Below, in pieces: positions 48,449 to 56,786 of a stretch of DNA of 64,000 bases. Position 1 is the first letter of the stretch, and each line of letters opens with the position of its first letter. Below the pieces are notes generated by a model, which was not told the origin of the DNA, searched no databases, and saw only the letters and a list, made by a program, of their open reading frames with translations. A program made the position numbers and the translations under genes. The stretch is taken from the NCBI GenBank assembly GCA_964385615.1, contig CAYLPP010000004.1, positions 108,743 to 172,742 on the forward strand, given 5' to 3'. Source of the DNA: an uncultured bacterium. GTDB lineage: Bacteria > Omnitrophota > Omnitrophia > Omnitrophales > Aquincolibacteriaceae.

Positions 48449-51400
48449 ATGGTCATGACGAAAAGGAAGAAAAAAATCCGCAAGATTTTTACCTTGGGGA
48501 TCCTTTTTTGCTTTTCCGCCACAAATATCTGGGCAATGCCCGAACCCGGTCTTATACTCCTTCCGCAAAAAGAAACGCCCGCGTTTCTGCAGGTTGAAAT
48601 TCCAAAAGACATTGCTTCGATTGAAGAGGTTTATGAAGCTCCGCCCAAAAGCGATCCGCGTTTAGTTCTTCATGTGCAGAACATTCACGGCAACTACGAA
48701 GCGCAGATGCAGATCAAGAAACTTCTCGATTACCTTTACAAACGCTACGCTTTTAAACTTTTATTTGTGGAAGGTGCCGTCGACACTCTCGATCCTGCCT
48801 ACCTTAAACTCTTTTCTGAGGAAGATCGAAATCAAAAATTAGCCGATTACCTCGCGAAGCGGGGAGAGCTCACCGGCATTGAAACTTACATGATGGAAGC
48901 TCCCCGTGATGTCCGCGCGGTGGGCATTGAAGAGCCCGCTCTATACCGTAAAAATCTCGAAGCTTACAAAGCTGTGATGTCTAAAAGAGAAGAAACGGAT
49001 AAGTTCCTCAGGCGTTATGAAGAAAAGCTCGAGCTTTTGTCTTCCCGAAATTTCTCTCCTGAGACCCGGCGTTTAATCAGTGAATGGAAAAAGTTCCAGG
49101 ACGGCCAGCGTGATTTCCTGCCCTATGTGAGACGTCTTTCTCAGGATGCCCGTAAAATTATCGGACTCGATCTCGAAAGTCTTTTCGCTCAGGTCGAGTG
49201 GCCTCAAATGACCCGGCTTTTAGTGCTCCAATCGATGGAAGCTGAGTTGAATCTTGAATCGGCTCAAGATGAAAAACAAAAGGTCTTGAGTTTTTTAAAA
49301 GAGAAAAAGATATCGTCTGAAATTTTAACTGCCATTGAAAAACTGGGTGAGAAACGCATTACGATGACGCGTGAAAATTCTGAAGCCGCCCGCCTGGAAG
49401 ATTTGCCCCGTTACCTCTTGGAGCGTCTTGTCGATGAAGCCAGCCCTCGAGGTTTTTACTTCCACGACTATCCCGCTTTTAGCTTGTGGGCCGGTTATCT
49501 GATTCTTCAAAGCGAGCTTGATTCGAGGACTCTTTTTGATGAAATTGAGAGGGTTTTCGAGAAGACGCTCGATCAGCTGACGGTAACCCAGGGTGAAAAA
49601 AATCTGATGGAACTTTACCGTGACGAACGTCTTCTCAATAAACTTCTTCATCTTGAACTGACCCGTAAGGAATGGGAAAAGGTCAGCTACCGTAAAGAAT
49701 GGAACCATCCCTCGGCTATGCTGAACCGCCTTAAAAAAATAGGGCAGGAATTTGACTCTCGGTTAAAAAGGACTCCGGAAACTTTGGTGCCCAAGCAGGA
49801 AGTGACAGGCATGGAAGAATCTCCGGAGTCTGAAGAATTTCCGATGAACGGTCTTTTTGAAACCGCTGTGAGCTTTTACGATTTTGCCCGCGAACGCGAG
49901 GCTGTGTTTATGAATACGATCAAAAAGGAAATGAGCGCTCAGAAAACAGAAAAAGCCGTGCTGGTTACCGGCGGGTTTCACACGCAGGGTATTTTAGAAA
50001 TGTTCCGTGATGATGAAATTAATTATAGCGTGCTTATGCCGAGGATCGCGGGAAGCGACCTGAGCACCGACAATTACGTTACTAATATGCTGGAAGACCG
50101 CAAAACCATGTTCGACATCGCAGGTCTTGAAGCCATTATTAAACTTCAAAATGCGGACCGCAGAACCCAACAGGGTGCCGACGCGGCTTACGAAGTGAAA
50201 AGAACGCTGGAAGCCTACGCGAAGTTTACGGGTTCTGAAACGCTTGCTCAGCTCGTTAATCATTTTAACGTTTTCAATCAATCGGCTTTCTCAGTAGGCT
50301 ATAAAGTAACGCTGGAAACGGTGCTCAATCAAGATAACCAGCCTTACGGCGTTAGAATTTTAGTAAACGGTCAGCCTCTGAAGAAAAATGACAGCGATAA
50401 GCGGGACATTGTCATTCCGATCATGACGGGTAAGAATCCGGAAACCAAACTCCCTGAATTTCGACTCGCGGATCACGCGGTGCTTAGGATTGGCGAGTCA
50501 GTGACTTCTCGTTCTGAGGTAAGAGGGGTAAGTGAAGCGGAGAAGGCTCAATTTGAAGCAATGCTTGGAAGGTTGCGGGGTTTAGGAGAGGGATATCTGG
50601 CGGCACTGCAGACTGGAATTACGCAAGTGATCCAGGCCGGTGAGGGGGGTGTTTTTGATTGGGCCACGAGTGACAGCGGTCATAAGGCTTACCGTGAATT
50701 ATTCGGAACGAATACGGGAACGGTCAATTATGGAAAGTTTGAAAATGCGGCGGCGCGGCAATTAGCCTCCACGATCGCAGGATTTATTCTGCAGTCGGGA
50801 TTGAAACCGAGAAGCTCAGCCGATCAGCAGGAACTGCTTGGAATCTTAACTCAATATGGAAAAGAGCAGGAAACAGCTGGTGAAAAGCCGTCCTCTGTCA
50901 AGCCGCAAGCCGGTGCTTGGAATGCCGAAATGACTGCAAGATTTCCTGCTTTTACGGTTTCGGTGGATGAAATTGAAGTGCCCGAAGCCCCGGTTATCGC
51001 GGGCAGGAGAGTGGAAGGATTCATGAGAGGGCTTCCTGAAGCCGGGGAGTTTCAGCGCGCGTACGGAGCGCTGGTGGGAGCGCGGGATTGGCTTGAAGAA
51101 GCGGGGCAGTTGGAAGGCGGGGAATTATTCAGTCAATGGGCGCAGGCGGTAGGACTGGTGCGGGAGATTCTGTGGATAATCAGCTACCGTACTGAGGGCC
51201 AGCGGTCTGCTCTCCCGGCTTTATTGAATCAAGCGATTGATGAGACGGTGGATTTGAACGGGAGTGAGTTGGCCTTCAGAGAGTCCGGGCTTAAGAAGCT
51301 GGAGCATTTGAGACAGGCGCTAATGCAGAATTTTAATTGGCCTGTGCCGAGCTTTATTTCAAAGTCTTTTTTGATAAAAGCTGAAGACGCAGCCGCTCGT

Positions 51401-54400
51401 ACGGAACGCATGATTATTTCCCCAAATGGCAAGTACGCGGTAAAGGTCGGAAGGGATCCGGGAATTTCTGTGTTGAGAGTTGGGAACTATGGAGAAGAGT
51501 TTACAGAGGTGGTTGATTCTGTCAGCCAGTCTGGACGCAGGGTTCTGGGGGCTGCCTTTGATTCTGACGGCGGTTATCTGGCGACATCCGGAGTTGATCC
51601 TAAGCTGAATCTGTGGAGTGTCGCTGAGGATGGGAAGCTGACGCTCATCTTTCAAGAAGACGTGAACGATGTAACTTCAGCAATAGCATTTTCTCCTGAT
51701 AACCGCTATTTGGTAAGCATAGGTTTGAATCAAGGGCTGAACCTGTGGCGTGTCGAGAACCGGTCTTTGCGTAAGGTTTTAACGTGGAGACCTCAAGATT
51801 TAAGCCGTTGGCCGGTTGGTTTAATTCGCAGTGTTGCTTTTTTACCTGGCGGTCAAGTTGAGATTGTGGGAGGGCAAAATGCAAGCTCCGGATCGAGGGG
51901 GCTCGATGCGTTTGTCTATAATCTTTTCCCTGTGGCGCCGCAAGCCAGGTCTGAAGCGCGCGTTTATGAAGAAAGGGATCCAAGGCTCGATTTTAGGAAG
52001 GGAGAGTATTACCTGCACGAGAATTTTGGGTTAGTGAGGCTGGAAGATTTTGAATACACCGTAAAAAATGGGGTTCCTGAAATAGCAAGCGATAAGATAA
52101 AAGTGCTTCCGCTGGGTGCTAGTCAGACAAATACGGCAATCATAAAGAATTCAAGTAAAAGAAGCGGGTATGTCGAAACCTCGCAGAATCCAATCACTCT
52201 GACCATTACTAAGGAAACGATGAAAGCGGGTTCTTTCGTCCCTTACTACAAACAAGATCAAAATTCTAAGCTTAGGGTAACCGATGCCGCGAAAGCGCTT
52301 ACAGAAAAAAGGCTTCAGGCCTTGGGGTATAGTAAATCCTCAGCCTTAGTTCCTATTTTGTTTGGGTTTGACGTGATTGCCAAAAGAATTCAGTCTGAAA
52401 AGAAAAGCGGAGTGACGGACGGCTATTTTAGCCGTGTGTATGAACAGATCAAAACTGAAGTGCCGGAAGGGGCTATGGACTATCCTTGGGATGTTCTTAA
52501 AAGCCAGAGTTTAACGGCTGAGCAAATAAAATTTTTCAAAACTTTATTCCTCCGGATTTATCAGGAACAAGGAGAGGATGTGATTTTGACCGGTTTACTT
52601 GATTCCTTTAAGCGGGAATCTGAAAACTATATGGACACCTGGGCTTTTACCACCTCGACCGGGAATGATTTTGTGGAGAATAAAACTTCAAACTTAATTG
52701 GAGCAGGAAGCCGCGGCGATCAATGGTCTCCGTTAAGAACCATCCCGAAGGACATCGACAGATACTACCGTGGGAATCTTTTAAAAGGGCTCTTGTTTTT
52801 GAACAGTGAAACCGAGACTTTGATAAGTGAAGAGGACTACCAAAAAATTCAGGACCGGTTTAACCTCTATCTGAGGCCTTATTATTCGCGAAAAAATCCC
52901 CTTCATGGCTCCGATGCATTTTCTCAGCTGATGCTGACTTTTAAAGACGCTATTCGCGACGGTGATTTTACAGCCGTTAACGAGCTTCTTAAAATTGTAG
53001 GGCCGGACATTGTGAGGTTAAAAAGCCGACTTTCCGGAAAATATCTCGTGGTGCCCGCGCCGTCACCGGATTTCTTTAAAAATCAAACGGTTCCGTTAGC
53101 CGCGATAATTGCGCGCGAGCTGGATTTTCCCGCGAGTTTATTTGCTTTGTCAAAAAGCGGCCAAAGAAAGAAGCCGCAAAAGCTTCAGCCTGATCTTTGG
53201 CATCGAGTTGAGAACGCGGGGAAATCTTTTCTTGAGGCGGATCCTGAGATTGTGTCGGGGAAAGAAATACTGGTGGTGGATGATATTGTAACCAGCGGAT
53301 TTACGCTGGATGCCGCGCGCGAGGCGCTTTATGCCGCCGGCGCGAAAAAAGTTCTTACTCTTGCTTACGGCCGTACGACTTACGGGAAAGATGAAAATAC
53401 TGCTGATGAAAATACGCCTGTGGATGAAGATGAAGCGGAACCGGCAGAGACAGAAGATGAAAGCGTTGCGGAAGCGCAAGGAAGTATTCTCGCCGGATGG
53501 CCCTCCGAAATCATGCTTTTGAAACCGTCTGAAGAGGCTGTGGCCCAGGGGGCTCTTTCGCGGACCATGGTTGATAGGCTCTTTGAAATATTGTCGCCGG
53601 GGCTTATCGATGGAATGGATCAAGATGAGAAAAACCGGTGGGGCCAAATTATAATTTGGATCCTGAGACAACCACAGTTAGGGTTTACGGACAGTCAGCC
53701 GGATGTTGAAAGGAAAGCTGTTGGGCTCAGGATTTTAATGAACTTGAATTATAGGGGGCCGGGTCTGTTAGAGCTGATCAAGGATGAAATTGATTTTAGC
53801 GCGCCTGGCCGCACTGTAAGAGCGAAGGTTTTTTCAGGGGTGATGGAACTGGCCGGCAATCTTCCGCCTGAATCAGCCGTTGATTTATTGCCTGGACTAA
53901 GCTCTTTTCTGGATCTTGCCCCGCAGAGAGTATTAAATAATCTCACATTCGGCGGTGTGAAGATTCCTATGCTGGCAGTTATGAGAATACAGATCATTAT
54001 TGAGAAAGCGGAAGAATCCTTGACTCCGGAAGCTCTCGTAAAAGTGAAACCCGCGCTAAGCACAGTGAAGACGGCCTTAACCGCTTATCTGGGCAGCGGA
54101 CGCTTAAAAAAAGATGAAAAAGCATTGATCAATAATGTGCTTCAAAGTTTATCCCGCTCCGAAGCGAGAGACGATGGCCGGCAAGCCAGGTCCGAAGTGC
54201 GTTTCACTCAGCCGACTGAAGGCGCGGAAAAAATAACAGAACCGGGGGGTGTGCCTGGAATTCCGGAGCGCTTTAACGGCGTGCAATTCCCTTCAGGTTC
54301 AGAGTTGTCCCGATGGTTTATGACGGTGGAGCCGAAGCTGCCGGTAAAGGTTCGCGTGCCGTTTTTAAGCGGGGGATTTGTCGCCTACGCGGAGGAGCCG

Positions 54401-55159
54401 GCGGATATGGGCGAAGTTGCCGTTTTGGGTGATCTCGTGGTCAGAGAAACTACGCCTGAATCCGCACGGCAAATTTCAAGAATCGCGGCGGAACTTGACG
54501 TGCCGTCCGTTCCGATGGCCTTGCTGTCTGTCATTTCTAATGAACCTGATCTTGAAGCTTTGGCCGTGGCGGCCGTCTTGAATCCCAAGGCTTACTCGGC
54601 CGTCGTTTACATTCTTCCTGACGGAAAATCAGAAGCCGAAGCCCGGGACCTTCAAAAAAAATACGAAGATCAGACCAAAGAGATCGAAGCGCTTCGGACA
54701 GGCGGCAAAGCTGTGGGCAAACGCTTCCGTTTGATTGTGACTTCCAAGGCAAATGCCATGGGGCGCATTTCCGAAGCGGAACGCTATCTTTTCGCGAACA
54801 TGAAGGATTCGGTCAACGCTTCAAGTGCCGGGGAAATGATGGAAAAATACGGGGTACAGCTTGTCGTTGGCCCGAATCTTTTGGATTTGTCACTGCTTGA
54901 ACGTCCGCGTGTCAGCCGTTTGGTCAGGCTTGAACTTGCGTCCGGCGCGCCGGATGCCGGCGCTATATCAGGAACGGCCATGGTGGTTGCGGCTAAAATG
55001 GGTCTGGCCAAGGAAATTGATCCGAAGACTGCCCAGTTAATTGATAACAGGGAGCAGGGCGATAAGGTCATTACGCTTTCGCTCAATAAGCTTCGTGCCT
55101 GGGAGCAGAAACTTCGTTCTGAAATCAGAGCCACTCTCAGCTTCGCGAAGGCGGCTTAA
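48449..55159 (+). CDS. Giant secreted multi-domain protein 2 (2236 aa), with an N-terminus paralogous to giant ORF 1
   Basis: Uninterrupted 6.7-kb ORF. Signal peptide MVMTKRKKKIRKIFTLGILFCFSATNIWA/MP. The shared N-terminal domain, WD40-like region and PRTase module are annotated separately. Confidence 0.8.
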   Translation: MVMTKRKKKIRKIFTLGILFCFSATNIWAMPEPGLILLPQKETPAFLQVEIPKDIASIEEVYEAPPKSDPRLVLHVQNIHGNYEAQMQIKKLLDYLYKRYAFKLLFVEGAVDTLDPAYLKLFSEEDRNQKLADYLAKRGELTGIETYMMEAPRDVRAVGIEEPALYRKNLEAYKAVMSKREETDKFLRRYEEKLELLSSRNFSPETRRLISEWKKFQDGQRDFLPYVRRLSQDARKIIGLDLESLFAQVEWPQMTRLLVLQSMEAELNLESAQDEKQKVLSFLKEKKISSEILTAIEKLGEKRITMTRENSEAARLEDLPRYLLERLVDEASPRGFYFHDYPAFSLWAGYLILQSELDSRTLFDEIERVFEKTLDQLTVTQGEKNLMELYRDERLLNKLLHLELTRKEWEKVSYRKEWNHPSAMLNRLKKIGQEFDSRLKRTPETLVPKQEVTGMEESPESEEFPMNGLFETAVSFYDFAREREAVFMNTIKKEMSAQKTEKAVLVTGGFHTQGILEMFRDDEINYSVLMPRIAGSDLSTDNYVTNMLEDRKTMFDIAGLEAIIKLQNADRRTQQGADAAYEVKRTLEAYAKFTGSETLAQLVNHFNVFNQSAFSVGYKVTLETVLNQDNQPYGVRILVNGQPLKKNDSDKRDIVIPIMTGKNPETKLPEFRLADHAVLRIGESVTSRSEVRGVSEAEKAQFEAMLGRLRGLGEGYLAALQTGITQVIQAGEGGVFDWATSDSGHKAYRELFGTNTGTVNYGKFENAAARQLASTIAGFILQSGLKPRSSADQQELLGILTQYGKEQETAGEKPSSVKPQAGAWNAEMTARFPAFTVSVDEIEVPEAPVIAGRRVEGFMRGLPEAGEFQRAYGALVGARDWLEEAGQLEGGELFSQWAQAVGLVREILWIISYRTEGQRSALPALLNQAIDETVDLNGSELAFRESGLKKLEHLRQALMQNFNWPVPSFISKSFLIKAEDAAARTERMIISPNGKYAVKVGRDPGISVLRVGNYGEEFTEVVDSVSQSGRRVLGAAFDSDGGYLATSGVDPKLNLWSVAEDGKLTLIFQEDVNDVTSAIAFSPDNRYLVSIGLNQGLNLWRVENRSLRKVLTWRPQDLSRWPVGLIRSVAFLPGGQVEIVGGQNASSGSRGLDAFVYNLFPVAPQARSEARVYEERDPRLDFRKGEYYLHENFGLVRLEDFEYTVKNGVPEIASDKIKVLPLGASQTNTAIIKNSSKRSGYVETSQNPITLTITKETMKAGSFVPYYKQDQNSKLRVTDAAKALTEKRLQALGYSKSSALVPILFGFDVIAKRIQSEKKSGVTDGYFSRVYEQIKTEVPEGAMDYPWDVLKSQSLTAEQIKFFKTLFLRIYQEQGEDVILTGLLDSFKRESENYMDTWAFTTSTGNDFVENKTSNLIGAGSRGDQWSPLRTIPKDIDRYYRGNLLKGLLFLNSETETLISEEDYQKIQDRFNLYLRPYYSRKNPLHGSDAFSQLMLTFKDAIRDGDFTAVNELLKIVGPDIVRLKSRLSGKYLVVPAPSPDFFKNQTVPLAAIIARELDFPASLFALSKSGQRKKPQKLQPDLWHRVENAGKSFLEADPEIVSGKEILVVDDIVTSGFTLDAAREALYAAGAKKVLTLAYGRTTYGKDENTADENTPVDEDEAEPAETEDESVAEAQGSILAGWPSEIMLLKPSEEAVAQGALSRTMVDRLFEILSPGLIDGMDQDEKNRWGQIIIWILRQPQLGFTDSQPDVERKAVGLRILMNLNYRGPGLLELIKDEIDFSAPGRTVRAKVFSGVMELAGNLPPESAVDLLPGLSSFLDLAPQRVLNNLTFGGVKIPMLAVMRIQIIIEKAEESLTPEALVKVKPALSTVKTALTAYLGSGRLKKDEKALINNVLQSLSRSEARDDGRQARSEVRFTQPTEGAEKITEPGGVPGIPERFNGVQFPSGSELSRWFMTVEPKLPVKVRVPFLSGGFVAYAEEPADMGEVAVLGDLVVRETTPESARQISRIAAELDVPSVPMALLSVISNEPDLEALAVAAVLNPKAYSAVVYILPDGKSEAEARDLQKKYEDQTKEIEALRTGGKAVGKRFRLIVTSKANAMGRISEAERYLFANMKDSVNASSAGEMMEKYGVQLVVGPNLLDLSLLERPRVSRLVRLELASGAPDAGAISGTAMVVAAKMGLAKEIDPKTAQLIDNREQGDKVITLSLNKLRAWEQKLRSEIRATLSFAKAA
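51420..51800 (+). other. WD40-like beta-propeller repeats in giant ORF 2
   Basis: Repeating units ..AAFDSDGGYLATSGVDPKLNLWSV.. and ..AFSPDNRYLVSIGLNQGLNLWRV.. follow the WD-repeat consensus (S/T-x-D-x-x-h-x-h-W). Confidence 0.5.
53038..53370 (+). other. ComF/GntX-type phosphoribosyltransferase module in giant ORF 2
   Basis: The PRPP-binding motif ILVVDDIVTSGFTLDAAREAL..GAKKV and the upstream KYLVVPAPSP..AAIIAREL pattern are typical of ComFC-family PRTases. Confidence 0.6.
53385..53480 (+). repeat. Acidic low-complexity linker (DENTADENTPVDEDEAEPAETEDESVAEAQ) in giant ORF 2
   Basis: Run of Asp/Glu-rich codons immediately after the PRTase module. Confidence 0.6.
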
Positions 55160-55323
55160 TTTTCAAGGCGCTGGCCGCAAAACCTTAAATCAAGAAATCT
55201 ATTTCTTCCGCTATACACACCTACTCCCCTGAGCTTCTAGCAATTTCTAACATTTCGAGGGGGTCCTTGAAATAAATTCCCCAAGCGGGAACTCTTTATA
55301 TAGAAGTTAAAAATCTGGAGTCA

Positions 55324-56739
55324 ATGGGAGACCCTATGAAAAGCCTTAAGATTTTAAGCTGGTTAGTTGCAGTTGCCATGATTTTTTCATTTGCTCTTCC
55401 GCCTTCTTATGCCTTTGATTCAATCGCTTCATTAACTCCTTCTGAATCCACCCTTGCCGAACAGCCTTCGACCGATTCACCTAAGCCGGCGTCTATCGCG
55501 CCGGCAGTGGAGGCGAAATCCGCTCCTGTGCAGGACTCTACCAGTTTTCTGATGGGTGAAAAACCTGAACCAGTTGTTTCGGATTCTGCCGCGCAAAAAA
55601 ATTCTGGAACTGTTACTGCGCCGGCTTTGGGAGATAATAAAGACGTACCGCAAAATTCTGATGCCGGCGGGGCGAAGGGCTCCGGAGTTTCAATAACGAA
55701 TATCTCAACCGCTTCGAATCCGAATAACGGAACGATTGTGCTTCCCGGAACCGTAAAACCGGGGGGGAATCCCGTTGTGAATATCAACGGAACTATTTAT
55801 GATTCGGAGGGGAATGTGGTGCCGAATAATCCGGATATTCGAGTTCCCGTTTACAGCGATAACCCGGGACAGGGAGAAATGCCGATTGAGGATTTGCCTA
55901 TTCAATATTGGCCGTTTAAACCGGAAGGAAACGTTATTACTCCTAAGCCGCCGCTTCCGCCCGAACCGGTACTCAGACCTGAGACAACAGTGCAGACAGC
56001 TTCCGGCGGTAGAATTGAAACGCGGTATATGCTGGGCAGTGACGGTCTGAATTACATCAGCAACACGTGGGAATATGACGCGGACGGTACTTTAATTACA
56101 GAAACAATCTACGCGGTTGACGCAGTGATTGGTTGGCATATCAAGGAAGTCAGGCATTATGAGCCCGATACCGGAGATCTTTCTGTTGTGGAGGAATACG
56201 AGTGGGGTGTTCAGGACGGAATGACTTTCGTAACCCAGACCATTTCTTATTACGTTGACGGGGTATTGAACAGAACTGAGGTCCACGACTCTCGCGGAGG
56301 AATAAGAATAGAATCACTTTATTATGAAGACCAGTTTGGCGGCCAGCAGACCGGGTTAACAGAAAACTATAATCCTGATGGCGTCCTGGTTTCCATGGTG
56401 TATGTGGACCCTGTTTCCGGGAATCTTCTACAATATCAGCATATTATCCCGCCGTCTACGGATGAACCTGAAATTTACACTTACAATGGTATCTCAGTGT
56501 TTGGTTGGGATCCCAACGAGCCATTCGCAGCTGTGACTGTTGATCCCATTCAGGTGACGCAGGTACCCGTAGATCCTGCCAATCCGGACGGCGAAACTCA
56601 AATCATCTCAACTCAAACCACCCACTATGTTTTTCTCAACGTTACGATTGATGTCATTAAGAACATTGAGACAGGAGAAGAATCGATAGTGAACCCAATT
56701 ACAGGAGGGTTGATTCCGATCACGAGTCCGGTCAGGTAA
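55324..56739 (+). CDS. Secreted protein with a Ser/Pro-rich N-terminal region and a C-terminal region carrying YD-repeat-like motifs
   Basis: Signal peptide (MKSLKILSWLVAVAMIFSFALPPSYA) and a GGAG SD. C-terminal motifs WEYDADGTL, HYEPDTGDL, YYVDGVL and NYNPDGVL resemble RHS/YD repeats. Confidence 0.6.
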   Translation: MGDPMKSLKILSWLVAVAMIFSFALPPSYAFDSIASLTPSESTLAEQPSTDSPKPASIAPAVEAKSAPVQDSTSFLMGEKPEPVVSDSAAQKNSGTVTAPALGDNKDVPQNSDAGGAKGSGVSITNISTASNPNNGTIVLPGTVKPGGNPVVNINGTIYDSEGNVVPNNPDIRVPVYSDNPGQGEMPIEDLPIQYWPFKPEGNVITPKPPLPPEPVLRPETTVQTASGGRIETRYMLGSDGLNYISNTWEYDADGTLITETIYAVDAVIGWHIKEVRHYEPDTGDLSVVEEYEWGVQDGMTFVTQTISYYVDGVLNRTEVHDSRGGIRIESLYYEDQFGGQQTGLTENYNPDGVLVSMVYVDPVSGNLLQYQHIIPPSTDEPEIYTYNGISVFGWDPNEPFAAVTVDPIQVTQVPVDPANPDGETQIISTQTTHYVFLNVTIDVIKNIETGEESIVNPITGGLIPITSPVR

Positions 56740-56752
56740 ACACCTTGCATCC

Positions 56753-56786
56753 GGCATGAGGCTCTACTAATATATGCCTCATTGCC
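56753..56786 (+). terminator. Hairpin (about 10 bp with one bulge, 13-nt loop) between the secreted-protein gene and mutS. It has no U-tract and abuts the mutS ATG.
   Basis: GGCATGAGGC..GCCTCATTGCC is an inverted repeat found by eye. It could act as a terminator or as an occluder of the mutS translation start. Confidence 0.25.

Noticed and set aside
33880-55129. The repeated 18-nt segments (…CGYTCCGAAYTSMG…) considered as a CRISPR array or a REP/MITE-like element.
   Set aside because: The copies are in frame inside two long ORFs, are variable in sequence, are separated by 0.1-3.9 kb of unique coding sequence and have no palindromic structure. They are protein-level motifs, not CRISPR repeats or mobile elements.
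32542-55159. The giant ORFs considered as NRPS/PKS megasynthases or as RTX/adhesin-type repeat proteins.
   Set aside because: I saw no adenylation (A-domain core), PCP (GGxS), KS (DTACSS) or AT (GHSxG) signatures. I also saw no Ca-binding GGxGxD nonapeptides or long tandem Ig/cadherin-like repeats. The modules are heterogeneous enzymes instead.
55041-55232. A 63-aa + strand ORF overlapping the end of giant ORF 2, considered as an independent small gene.
   Set aside because: Most of it overlaps giant ORF 2 in another frame. Only its last ~15 codons (…KTLNQEIYFFRY…) look coding-like, and those match ORF 1's C-terminal region. It is treated as a remnant or frameshifted tail and reported as a finding, not as a gene.
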